Below are positions 37,784 to 46,600 of a stretch of 64,000 bases of DNA, piece after piece. The position numbers were made by a program, and so were the translations under genes. Below the pieces are notes generated by a model. The model was not told the DNA's origin. It ran no database searches and saw nothing but the letters and a program-made list of their open reading frames with translations. The stretch comes from an uncultured Granulosicoccus sp. (GTDB taxonomy: Bacteria > Pseudomonadota > Gammaproteobacteria > Granulosicoccales > Granulosicoccaceae), in the NCBI GenBank assembly GCA_965367215.1, contig CBDUIJ010000001.1, positions 1,901 through 65,900 of the forward strand, in the 5' to 3' direction. The first letter of the stretch is position 1. The number at the start of each line of letters is the position of its first letter.

Positions 37784-39139
37784 ATGGTCCCAGACAGCAA
37801 AAAGCACATTGCCGTCGTTGGCAGCGGCGCAGCGGGAATGGCGGCTGCCTGGTTATTGTCACAGCGACACCGTGTCACCTTACTGGAAAAGGACGATCGG
37901 ATTGGTGGCCATGCGCATACCGCAACGGTCCCTGGCGGGGCACAGGGCGGCAAGGCGTTGGGAATCGATACCGGCTTCATTGTCTACAACGAACCCAGTT
38001 ATCCCAATCTGACTCGGTGGTTCGATGCCTTGCAGGTCGAAACCGAAGACAGTGACATGTCATTTGCGGTGTCTCGCGACAACGGCAACTTCGAATACGC
38101 AGGTGGACCGCTACTTGGATTGATGGCCCAGCCTGGACTGCTGTTGAAGTCACGTTTCTGGCGCATGCTGCGTGATCTGTTGCGGTTCTATCGAGAAGCT
38201 CCCGGCCAGATTCCCGCAGATGGCTGCATGACTCTTGGGGAATACCTGAGTCAGAACGGCTACTCCCGAGAATTCATCGAAGATCACCTGCTGCCATTCG
38301 GTGCAGCCATCTGGTCGACACCCAAGCAACAGATGCTCGAGTATCCGGCAGCATCCTTCATACGTTTCTGCAGTAATCATGGGTTGCTGCAGGTCAGCAA
38401 TCGGCCGCAGTGGCGAACCGTTACCGGAGGCAGTCAGTCCTATGTCAGGGCGGTAGCCGACATCATCGGGCAAGACTCCATTCTGACCAGCTTCGATGTC
38501 AAGGGAATCGAACGCGGGGCCGATGGGGTCGTCGTCCACTCGCTGGACGGCCGTACAGTGCATGCCGACGAGCTGGTGCTGGCCACGCATGCGGATCAGG
38601 CTCTGGCCTGCCTTGATGCACCTTCAGCAAGAGAAACCGCCTTGCTGAGCCCGTTTCGATACGAGAGCAACCAGGCCTATTTGCACACCGATATTCGTTA
38701 TCTGCCGAAGCGCAAGCGAGCCTGGTGCAGCTGGAACTATGTGGAACAGGGCCCGGGTGAGTCCCAGCAGGTGTCCTTGAGTTACTGGATGAATCGTTTG
38801 CAGAATCTGGATAGCAAGACGCAATACGTGGTAACCCTCAATCCGGACAAGGCGCCGGAGGCCGGCTGTGTTCTGCGTTCGCATACGTATGAGCATCCCT
38901 TGTTCAACGCGGATACCTGGCAGGCACAGCAGGAGCTCTGGTCGTTGCAGGGGCAGAACCGAACCTGGTACTGCGGCAGCTATTTCGGCTCCGGGTTCCA
39001 CGAAGATGCAGTGCAGTCCGGCCTGGCGGTTGCCGAACAGCTGGGTGGTTTGCAGCGCCCCTGGACGCTTGCAAATCCTTCCGGTCGCATCGTTATATCT
39101 GCACAGGCGGACTCGCCTTCCAGGCAAGTGGCTGCATGA
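37784..39139 (+). CDS. NAD/FAD-binding amine-oxidase-fold oxidoreductase (UfaD-like)
   Basis: 451 aa. The N-terminus has IAVVGSGAAGMAAAWLL followed by LLEKDDRIGGHA. It sits in the conserved ChrR-ECF-linked operon position. Confidence 0.8.
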   Translation: MVPDSKKHIAVVGSGAAGMAAAWLLSQRHRVTLLEKDDRIGGHAHTATVPGGAQGGKALGIDTGFIVYNEPSYPNLTRWFDALQVETEDSDMSFAVSRDNGNFEYAGGPLLGLMAQPGLLLKSRFWRMLRDLLRFYREAPGQIPADGCMTLGEYLSQNGYSREFIEDHLLPFGAAIWSTPKQQMLEYPAASFIRFCSNHGLLQVSNRPQWRTVTGGSQSYVRAVADIIGQDSILTSFDVKGIERGADGVVVHSLDGRTVHADELVLATHADQALACLDAPSARETALLSPFRYESNQAYLHTDIRYLPKRKRAWCSWNYVEQGPGESQQVSLSYWMNRLQNLDSKTQYVVTLNPDKAPEAGCVLRSHTYEHPLFNADTWQAQQELWSLQGQNRTWYCGSYFGSGFHEDAVQSGLAVAEQLGGLQRPWTLANPSGRIVISAQADSPSRQVAA

Positions 39140-39897
39140 CGCTCGTCAGTCGTCTTTACGCTGGACAGGTTTTTCACTGTCGACGCCGACCGAAAGTGCA
39201 TCGGTTGCGCTATTCGGTATTTTCCATGCTGCTCGATCTGGATGAGATCGACCAGTTGGATCGTGAATTGTGGCTGTTTTCCCGCAACCGCTTCAACCTG
39301 TTCTCGTTCCATGACAGCGACTTTGGAGATCAACAGCAGGACTCTCTGAAGGCCCATGTCACGAATGGTCTGCGGTCCGCTGGTGTGCAGGAAACGCCCG
39401 AAAAGATCCTGCTCAGTTGTTATCCCCGAGTGTTGGGGCATGCATTCAATCCCTTGAGTCTTTTCTATTGCCTGGACAGGCAGGGCCGTTGTTTTGCGAT
39501 CGTGCACGAGGTTCACAATACGTTCGGCGAACGACACTGCTACGTCCTGCCGGTCGAACTGCAAGACGGAAACACGCCGCAGTGGATCAAGCAGAACGCC
39601 AACAAGGAATTGTTCGTATCGCCTTTTGCCCGGATGGACATGCATTACGACTTCAGAGTCAATCTGCCTGAAGAACGGCAGATCATCGTGATCCGAGCCT
39701 CGGACGAGCAGGGGCTACTGATCACGGCCAGTTATGTCGCTCTTCGAAAACGCATCACAGCCGGCAGGCTGCTACGTTACTTTTTTGCCTATCCACTGTT
39801 GGGTGCAAAGGTCGTCATCGGAATCCACTGGGAAGCGTTCCTGCTGTGGTGCAAGGGCGTTCCCTGGTTCAGGCACCAGCCCAAGACATCCGCTTGA
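39136..39897 (+). CDS. DUF1365 family protein (UfaO-like)
   Basis: 253 aa. The DUF1365 pattern is G.VFHCRRRPKVHRLRYSVFSMLLDLDEI. It overlaps the upstream gene by 4 nt. Confidence 0.8.
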   Translation: MTLVSRLYAGQVFHCRRRPKVHRLRYSVFSMLLDLDEIDQLDRELWLFSRNRFNLFSFHDSDFGDQQQDSLKAHVTNGLRSAGVQETPEKILLSCYPRVLGHAFNPLSLFYCLDRQGRCFAIVHEVHNTFGERHCYVLPVELQDGNTPQWIKQNANKELFVSPFARMDMHYDFRVNLPEERQIIVIRASDEQGLLITASYVALRKRITAGRLLRYFFAYPLLGAKVVIGIHWEAFLLWCKGVPWFRHQPKTSA

Positions 39898-39929
39898 CCA
39901 ATACACCGAGCCGAATACATACAAAAGAC

Positions 39930-41183
39930 ATGTCAGATATGGAAAACCAGACAATAAGCCGTGGGCTGCCGACGTCTCAGTGGCATCAACAGATACTGGG
40001 TCGTCTCATTGGTCGCCGTTTTGACCACCTTCTCGATGGCATCACTCATGGACAGCTGAGCCTGACGTGGCCGGATGGCCATCTGAGTCGACATGGCAAG
40101 AAGTCGATTGATCCGTCTCGCAATGCACAGCTGACCTTGCACAACTACCGTCCCATTCGCCAGATGATGATGTCGGGAGAGAACGGTTTTGCTGAAAGCT
40201 ATCTGCAGGGCGACTGGTCATCGGACAATCTGCGCAATCTGTTTACCCTGATTCTCAATAACGAGCCGGAAGTGGCTGTCATGACGACTGGCAGCTGGTA
40301 CGCGCGCTTGCTCAACACCTTGAGGCATGGCAGAAACAGCAACTCGCTGCGCGGCAGTCAGCGCAATATCGAGTTTCACTACGATTTGGGCAATGATTTC
40401 TATCAGCTCTGGCTGGACCCGACCATGAGCTACTCATCGGCTGTCTTCGAAGGTGATGAATCACTGGAGCAGGCTCAGGATGCCAAGTTGTCCAGGGTGG
40501 TCGAATCGCTGAAGCCAGCCCCCGGTGCTCGGGTGCTGGAGATCGGCTGCGGCTGGGGAGCCATGGCTCACAAGCTGGCGACGCAGGCCGAGTGCCGGGT
40601 AGAAGGTATTTCACTGTCACAGGAGCAGCTGCGATACGCCAGGGATTTCAACAATGTCGAGAGTGAGTCAGGCAGGCAGGGTAGTACGGAATTCCGTTAC
40701 CAGGATTATCGGGCGGTAGAGGGAAGCTACGATCACATCGTTTCCATAGAAATGTTCGAAGCGGTCGGCGAGAAGTACTGGAATACGTATTTCGACAAGC
40801 TGGGTCAGTTGCTGGAGCAGGGCGGGACTGCAGTGCTACAGGTGATAACCATCGATGAGCAACGTTTCGATGAGTATCGCGCCAGTCCGGACTTCATTCA
40901 ACGTTATATATTTCCCGGTGGCATGCTGCCAACCAAGGAGCACCTGACAAGACTGGTTGAAGGATCAGGTTTCGAGCTGGTTGAAGTCGACTGGTTCGGA
41001 ACGAGCTATGCACAGACACTGTTGCATTGGCGGGAACGCTTCGATCAGGTGATATCCGAGGTGACTGCGCTGGGTTTCGACGATCGCTTTGCGCGCATGT
41101 GGCGCTACTATCTGGATTATTGCGAGACCGGCTTCAGGCTGGGCCGTACTGACGTCGGCCAGCTACTGCTGCGCAAGTGTTGA
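39930..41183 (+). CDS. Cyclopropane-fatty-acyl-phospholipid synthase-family SAM methyltransferase
   Basis: From the ATG at 39930. Motifs seen: HYDLGNDFYQLWLD, SAM motif I VLEIGCGWG, and FIQRYIFPGGMLP. Confidence 0.88.
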   Translation: MSDMENQTISRGLPTSQWHQQILGRLIGRRFDHLLDGITHGQLSLTWPDGHLSRHGKKSIDPSRNAQLTLHNYRPIRQMMMSGENGFAESYLQGDWSSDNLRNLFTLILNNEPEVAVMTTGSWYARLLNTLRHGRNSNSLRGSQRNIEFHYDLGNDFYQLWLDPTMSYSSAVFEGDESLEQAQDAKLSRVVESLKPAPGARVLEIGCGWGAMAHKLATQAECRVEGISLSQEQLRYARDFNNVESESGRQGSTEFRYQDYRAVEGSYDHIVSIEMFEAVGEKYWNTYFDKLGQLLEQGGTAVLQVITIDEQRFDEYRASPDFIQRYIFPGGMLPTKEHLTRLVEGSGFELVEVDWFGTSYAQTLLHWRERFDQVISEVTALGFDDRFARMWRYYLDYCETGFRLGRTDVGQLLLRKC

Positions 41184-43181
41184 ACCCGATTTCAGGTATC
41201 GTTCGGCACTGGCCCTGAGCTCGGCTTCGTGCTGACGTCTGGATGTGCCCTCTGTCGGGCTCAGCTTGATGGGATATTGCAAGGCGAGGCGGCACATTGC
41301 TGCGTAGGTGTCGGCGAGGCTGCGTTGCGCGCTGGCAAAACGGTGCAACAATTCCTCATCGACAGGGTCCTCGACCGTGTTCAATGTGGTGCCTGCAAGC
41401 CATCCCCGGTTGTCATCATGAATGCGAGCGGCCCGCTGCAGGGCTTCATCCACAGATGCGTCGAAGGCTCTGAGAACGGCAACAGCCTGGGTGCCCGTGC
41501 GCGGATTGCGTCTGAAGCCCGTGTGGAAGTGGGTGAATCCGTTTGCTTTCCAGAAATCCAGTTTGTCACAGTCGCCGGCAAAGCTGGCTCCCAGGGCCGA
41601 CAGGCTGCCGACGGGCAGGGCAATCGTTCGAGCAAGTTCCTGTAAAAGTCGGGATCCCAGTCCCCGGCGGCGTCGGTGCGGGCAAACGGCGATCCGAATG
41701 ATTCTGCCCATGGAGGCCTTCAGCGGTGCCGTCCGGTTGGCGCTCTGCGCCAGCAACTGAGGTAGCAGTTGATGAGGCAATCGCCGCTGTTTGCAGAGCA
41801 CAGCCTCGTGCAGGCGGGCGTCGATGTTCCCTTCGATGGCCAGCAGCAGCGCAGCACTGATTTCCTGCTGCTCTTCCAGCACCCAGATCTGCAGATCCGG
41901 GCCGTCAAGCAGATGCGAGATATCGGATGCCGTGGTCTGGTAGTGACTCTCTCTGAGCAGGGAAAAAACGTCAGTGAGCAGGGATTCGTTCTGCACCAGC
42001 TCATCTCTGTCGATGCGACGTATCAGCAGATCGGGTTGGTCCGGTTTTACGCTGATTGTCTGCTTGCCGACTCGATCTCTGCTTCGTGCAGCGCAAGGGT
42101 TGCTGTCGTGTTTCGCTGTATCGGCATGCCGTGTCAGAAGAAGTGTGTCAATGAACTCCTCCAGCGGGTCTCCTGACGCCCAGCGCCAGGCTGTACGGGG
42201 ATGAAGTGCCAGCACCTCACGAGGCTGCTGATCGAGTACCTCGGCGAAACGAATATCGAAAGCCCGCCCTGCCTGTTCATAGCCTTCAATCGTCGTGCAG
42301 TAAATGACATGTTCGTGATGCTGAAGGTAGCGTGTCAGTGTGTCGATGGGCAGACTGGCTGCCTCATCTATCAGAAGTGCACGACAACCGGAATCAACGG
42401 CCTCTGATGCAGCGAGGAAAGGGATAACTACGCCCTGTTTCTCCACGCTCTGCAATGCGCTGCGCCTGGCAGCTGTCATCGCCACTGATATGCCCTGTTG
42501 CCTCAGCCAATGGGCGATACGTCCCAGCAATGCAGACTTGCCACGTCCTCTGCGTCCGGTAATCGTCAGGCAGCCATCGGGGTATCGTTGCAGATGCCGA
42601 ATTGCGGCGAGCAACAGTTCATCCTGCTCGCAAGCGGCTGACTTGTGCGGCAAGTTGTCTCCTGCCGGCACTATGCCAATGTTTGATAGAGGTGAGTCGG
42701 GTGCAGGATCGTCTTCGTTGGCAAGCTCAGCCAGACTGATCACGCTGATCTTGCCCGGGTGCTTTTGCTCGCATTGCAACAGGAGTCTGCCCAGACGTTG
42801 CTGGAAGCGACTTTCCGGTCTGGCGGTTGGGACCTGCACAGCACTTGTCAACGAAACGCGCAGGCCCAGTATCAATATTCCTCCGGCTCTGATCGTGCCT
42901 GTCAGAGCGGCCAGGAGCCCTGCATCGACAGAAGCGGGAGTTTCATGCACCAGAATGTCAAATTCCCGACCGAGCATATCGGTGATTCGATCGGCACGGT
43001 CAGCCGAGTCTTCCGGCGCCAGAAATGGCGCGTCGATCGCCGTTGCCAGGGTTTGCAGGTAGCCGTCTGGTGGATTCTCGATGACCAATAGAGCTCGATG
43101 CCTGTCAGTATTCGCCTGATCGCGGAATCGCGCTATATGTTGCACTAACGACCGATGATTGCTGATTTGGAGGCGCGACAC
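41163..43181 (-). CDS. tmcA: tRNA(Met) cytidine acetyltransferase
   Basis: 672 aa, the same size as E. coli TmcA. It has a helicase-like Walker A (GRRGRGKSALLG) and a GNAT motif A (RIAVCPHRRRRGLGSRLL). Confidence 0.85.
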   Translation of the reverse strand: MSRLQISNHRSLVQHIARFRDQANTDRHRALLVIENPPDGYLQTLATAIDAPFLAPEDSADRADRITDMLGREFDILVHETPASVDAGLLAALTGTIRAGGILILGLRVSLTSAVQVPTARPESRFQQRLGRLLLQCEQKHPGKISVISLAELANEDDPAPDSPLSNIGIVPAGDNLPHKSAACEQDELLLAAIRHLQRYPDGCLTITGRRGRGKSALLGRIAHWLRQQGISVAMTAARRSALQSVEKQGVVIPFLAASEAVDSGCRALLIDEAASLPIDTLTRYLQHHEHVIYCTTIEGYEQAGRAFDIRFAEVLDQQPREVLALHPRTAWRWASGDPLEEFIDTLLLTRHADTAKHDSNPCAARSRDRVGKQTISVKPDQPDLLIRRIDRDELVQNESLLTDVFSLLRESHYQTTASDISHLLDGPDLQIWVLEEQQEISAALLLAIEGNIDARLHEAVLCKQRRLPHQLLPQLLAQSANRTAPLKASMGRIIRIAVCPHRRRRGLGSRLLQELARTIALPVGSLSALGASFAGDCDKLDFWKANGFTHFHTGFRRNPRTGTQAVAVLRAFDASVDEALQRAARIHDDNRGWLAGTTLNTVEDPVDEELLHRFASAQRSLADTYAAMCRLALQYPIKLSPTEGTSRRQHEAELRASAERYLKSGSTLAQQ

Positions 43182-43948
43182 AGTTGTTTTACTTTCACAA
43201 TCAAAGGGGGGGCGGTTTCGTATAATAGTGACTCGAAAGTGTGGTGACTTTCGTTATTCCTCCTCCAAGTGGTATTGAGGCACGGAGCCATATGAGGCCA
43301 CGGACGGCCACTCTTTTTGCAGACCCGACCAATTGTAGTGTTTTCACCTGCTATTCGGGTATGCCCAGTTGGGGTCGAGCGATTTTTCTCCTGTGTTTGT
43401 GGTTTTTTGCTTCGGCTTTTGCGAACCATGCACAGACTTGATTCAACGTATCTTTCAATATCGGACGGTTTGGCGCCACTGTGGTCCTGAACAGTCTGTC
43501 TATCCCCGTATCCCGAGTTTTGAAATTCGTGGTGGTAGACAGTTTTCGAGCACTGGAAATTCTGGTTATCGCAATTGCAATGCTCTGTAAACCTGTCTAA
43601 AATCACACTGTAATCAATGGTTTGAAGAATTTAATTGATTTTGATACTAGGGGCAGTGCTGTGGTTGTTAACTGTTTCGTTGAAATAATGCGCGCGTCCA
43701 GTACTATGCGCGTTCGTTCGGTGACAGAGAGCTTGCCTGATGCAGAATATTCTGATGCTGCAGGCATGAAACGGCTTTGGTGCCTGGGGACAACATGTTC
43801 GTGGCGGCGGACATACCTGATTTACGCCTGATACAAGGTAGTTTTTGCAACGGTGCTTAACAACCGTTGAACAGTTGTTAGTTTTGTCGGATACACTATG
43901 CGGTGTGTTCGGCAGTCATTCATTCATGTTTTCAATCGAGGATCACAA

Positions 43949-45115
43949 ATGATCAACAAATATTTTGCACTGAGTCTTGTTGCTGCCAGCGTGGCAGTAG
44001 CTTCTGGCTGTTCTTCCGACGACGACAGCGACGGCGATACTGATGGCGGTTACGTTTCACCACCAGCAGTAGCTGACGACGCTGGTTCAATTTACGACTA
44101 CATCGCTGATTCAGCTGCAAATTCCAGCCAGTTCCTTACGTTGAAAACAGCTATCGATGCTGCCAACGACTTGGCCAACACTCTGGATGATGTCACTCTG
44201 GGACTCACCATGTTCGCTCCTGACGATGCTGCATTTGCGTCATTGGAAGAGGGTGTACTTGACGGTCTGCTGGCTGATCCAGACCGATTGGAAGAAGTGC
44301 TGCGATACCACGTTGCTGCAAGCACACTGACTGCCGAAACCATCGTTGCAGATCTGACAGCCGCTGCTGGTGAGCCAGTCGAGAAGGAAACACTGCTTGA
44401 AGGCGAGAGCGTCACTTTGTCAAGCTCAACTGAAGGCCAGGGCGTTGCCGTCAATGATGTGGCAGTTGTCGGTACTGATCTGAATGTTGTCGTTGCTGAT
44501 GCAGACGCTGATGCAGATGCAGATGCAGATGCAGATGCAGATGCAGACGTTGATGCAGATGCAGACGTTGATGCTGATGCTGATGCCGATGCTGATGCAG
44601 CTACAGAGCAAATGGGTATCGTTCACCAGATTTCCGGTGTTCTGACTGCTCCTGAAGTTGAAGAAGAAACAACTGGTGGTGAGACTGGCGGCGAAGAAAC
44701 TGGTGGTGAAACCGGTGGCGAGACTGGCGGTGAAACCGGCGGCGAGACAGGTGGTGAAACTGGCGGCGAGACAGGTGGCCCAGTTGCTACATCTCTGTCA
44801 ACCAACAACAGTGCATTCCTGACAGCTTTCTCAAACCGTTTCGGTGCGCAGAAGCTTGACGCTGCTACAGATGCTGATCCTTGGACCGTATTTGCTCCAA
44901 CTGAAGCTGCTGCTGATATCGATGTTGGTAACTACATCATCACTGGTTCTGGCCTGACAGCTCAAGAGCTGATCGACATGGGTACCAGCCCTTCATTCGG
45001 CGGAACTACACTGACTTTCGGTGGAACTGCTGATGCACTGACAGTCAATGGTCTTCCAGCTACTCTGGTAGGTGGCGATGCGACTGTAACCTACTCGGTT
45101 GAAGGTGCTCTGTAA
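43949..45115 (+). CDS. Fasciclin (FAS1)-domain lipoprotein with internal acidic and Gly/Glu/Thr repeats
   Basis: The ATG at 43949 is preceded by GAGGA. The signal peptide has the lipobox VASGC. FAS1-type motifs [15 protein letters not shown] and TVFAPTEAA flank (DA)n and (GGET)n tracts. Confidence 0.8.
   Translation: MINKYFALSLVAASVAVASGCSSDDDSDGDTDGGYVSPPAVADDAGSIYDYIADSAANSSQFLTLKTAIDAANDLANTLDDVTLGLTMFAPDDAAFASLEEGVLDGLLADPDRLEEVLRYHVAASTLTAETIVADLTAAAGEPVEKETLLEGESVTLSSSTEGQGVAVNDVAVVGTDLNVVVADADADADADADADADADVDADADVDADADADADAATEQMGIVHQISGVLTAPEVEEETTGGETGGEETGGETGGETGGETGGETGGETGGETGGPVATSLSTNNSAFLTAFSNRFGAQKLDAATDADPWTVFAPTEAAADIDVGNYIITGSGLTAQELIDMGTSPSFGGTTLTFGGTADALTVNGLPATLVGGDATVTYSVEGAL
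44495..44602 (+). repeat. In-frame hexanucleotide tandem repeat (GAT/GAC-GCN), encoding (Asp-Ala)n with two Asp-Val units
   Basis: The sequence gctgatgcagacgctgatgcagatgcagatgcagatgcag... is read directly. It translates to [35 protein letters not shown]. Confidence 0.9.
44674..44778 (+). repeat. In-frame 12-nt tandem repeat (GGN GGN GAR ACN) encoding (GGET)n, about 8 units
   Basis: The sequence ggtggtgagactggcggcgaagaaactggtggtgaaaccggtggcgagact... translates to [35 protein letters not shown]. Confidence 0.9.
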
Positions 45116-45166
45116 GTAGTAAGCTACCTTTCACGTTACTGAATTCCTGCGGAATTCAGTGGTAGT

Positions 45167-45205
45167 AAAGCCGGAGAGTCCTTGTGATTCTCCGGCTTTT
45201 TTTTT
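45167..45205 (+). terminator. Rho-independent terminator after the fasciclin gene
   Basis: AAAGCCGGAGA pairs with TCTCCGGCTTT (11 bp), followed by a T9 run. A second 9-bp hairpin (ACTGAATTC/GAATTCAGT) lies at 45138-45160. Confidence 0.85.
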
Positions 45206-45346
45206 GAGCAACAGATAGAGGTGGTTTTCAACAGAGTGGTTGGTCGGATATCCTGAGCGACGCGTCAGTTCCGAGCTCATCATTTCACTGATGCGAATTC
45301 GGTCTCTGCCTCCTGTGAAATTCTCGATTACAGAATCAGCAATTCA

Positions 45347-46516
45347 ATGACAATCCGCATCAACAGCAGTTTCGACAGTGGCAACATTGAAGTCATCGAT
45401 GCCAGCGACTCGGCTTCAATCCAGTTGAAGATCCGCAAGGACACAAACTCGGATTTCCTGCAGTGGTTCTATTTCAGCGTGGCAGGTGTCAAGGGCAAGA
45501 CGTGCCGAATCACGTTGGTCAATGCCGCCCAGACCAGTTACCCGAAAGGTTGGGAAGGCTACGACGTGGCGACATCGGTAGATCGTCAGTTCTGGTACCG
45601 CACTCCGGCAGAATACGATGGCCAGCAGCTCAGCTGGACATTCGAGGCGCAGAGCGACCTGGTCTGGTTTGCCTACTTTGCACCCTACACAATGGACCGG
45701 CATCTGGATTTCGTCGCAGCGGCTGCCACTGCTGAGGGCGTGCGCTATGAGAGTCTGGGAGTCACGCATCAGGGCCGCAGTATCGATTACCTGCAGGTGA
45801 GTGGTTTGCAGTCGGAAGCGGCCAACGAGCCACACAACAGCAAACGCAAACAGCTGTGGGTCATCGCACGACAGCACCCGGGCGAGTCGATGGCAGAGTG
45901 GTGGATGGAAGGATGGCTCGATCGCCTGCTGGATCAGGACGATGCGCGCAGCCGTGAATTGCGATCGCTGGCGGACATCCATATCGTGCCGAACATGAAC
46001 CCTGATGGCACTTTTCTGGGCAATCTCAGAACCAATGCACTGGGTGTCAACCTTAACCGTGAGTGGCAGTCACCGAGTATTGAAAAGAGTCCGGAGGTAT
46101 TTCATGTACGGCAGCGCATGGAGCAGACAGGTATCGATCTGTCGCTGGATGTTCATGGTGATGAAGGCCTGCCGTACAACTTCATAGCCGGCACCGAGGG
46201 TATCGCCGACTGGAACGATGAGAGAGATGCAGAGCTGGTGGCGTTCAAGCGTGAATGGGCAGCGGTGAACCCGGATTTCCAGTACGCGAATGGTTATCCA
46301 AGGACACCCGGGGGGCAGGCCAATCTGGCTATCTGCAGCAGTAATCTGGCGCAGAGTTTCGGCTGTCTGGCCATGACCCTGGAAATGCCGTTCAAGGACA
46401 CGCAGGATACTCCTCGCCCTTTCAGTGGCTGGTCGCCAGAGCGCAGCATGCGGTTGGGAGCCTCGTTCGTGGACATGGCACACATGGCCTTGACTGGTCA
46501 GTTGGCAACACGCTGA
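45347..46516 (+). CDS. M14-family zinc carboxypeptidase, cytosolic-carboxypeptidase-like (M14D/CCP type)
   Basis: 389 aa. The N-terminal beta-sandwich region has SFDSGNIEV (the FESGNL-like CCP motif). It also has Zn ligands QHPGES (HxxE), plus NMNPDG, NLNREW and DVHGDE. Confidence 0.8.
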   Translation: MTIRINSSFDSGNIEVIDASDSASIQLKIRKDTNSDFLQWFYFSVAGVKGKTCRITLVNAAQTSYPKGWEGYDVATSVDRQFWYRTPAEYDGQQLSWTFEAQSDLVWFAYFAPYTMDRHLDFVAAAATAEGVRYESLGVTHQGRSIDYLQVSGLQSEAANEPHNSKRKQLWVIARQHPGESMAEWWMEGWLDRLLDQDDARSRELRSLADIHIVPNMNPDGTFLGNLRTNALGVNLNREWQSPSIEKSPEVFHVRQRMEQTGIDLSLDVHGDEGLPYNFIAGTEGIADWNDERDAELVAFKREWAAVNPDFQYANGYPRTPGGQANLAICSSNLAQSFGCLAMTLEMPFKDTQDTPRPFSGWSPERSMRLGASFVDMAHMALTGQLATR

Positions 46517-46532
46517 CAGGCACTCCACCGGG

Positions 46533-46564
46533 CGGTGCAGGATACGACACACCATCCTGCACCG
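46533..46564. terminator. Perfect 11-bp hairpin between the convergent carboxypeptidase and amn genes
   Basis: CGGTGCAGGAT pairs with ATCCTGCACCG across a 10-nt loop. There is no U-tract. Confidence 0.4.
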
Positions 46565-46600
46565 ACCGATGTCTTTGCATGCCAGCTGCTGACGTGCTCT

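Noticed and set aside
40712-40719. A second GGCGGTAG (ops core) octamer.
   Set aside because: It lies inside the CFA-synthase-like CDS with no operon-leader context. I take it as the chance occurrence expected at about 2 per window, which also weakens the case for the copy at 8074.
43145-43606. A 153-aa minus-strand ORF in the long tmcA-fasciclin intergenic region.
   Set aside because: It overlaps the tmcA 5' end. Its composition is atypical for this genome (rich in Cys, His and Asn, in an A+T-rich stretch). It has no motif and no RBS.
44495-44778. Possible CRISPR array or other spacer-repeat structure.
   Set aside because: The units are 6 and 12 nt, contiguous with no spacers, and lie in frame inside a CDS. 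No cas genes are in the window.
44426-44808. Minus-strand ORFs encoding (CI)n and (PPVS)n repeats.
   Set aside because: They are mirror translations of the in-frame (DA)n and (GGET)n repeats of the fasciclin lipoprotein gene. The plus-strand reading has a signal peptide, FAS1 motifs, an RBS and a terminator.
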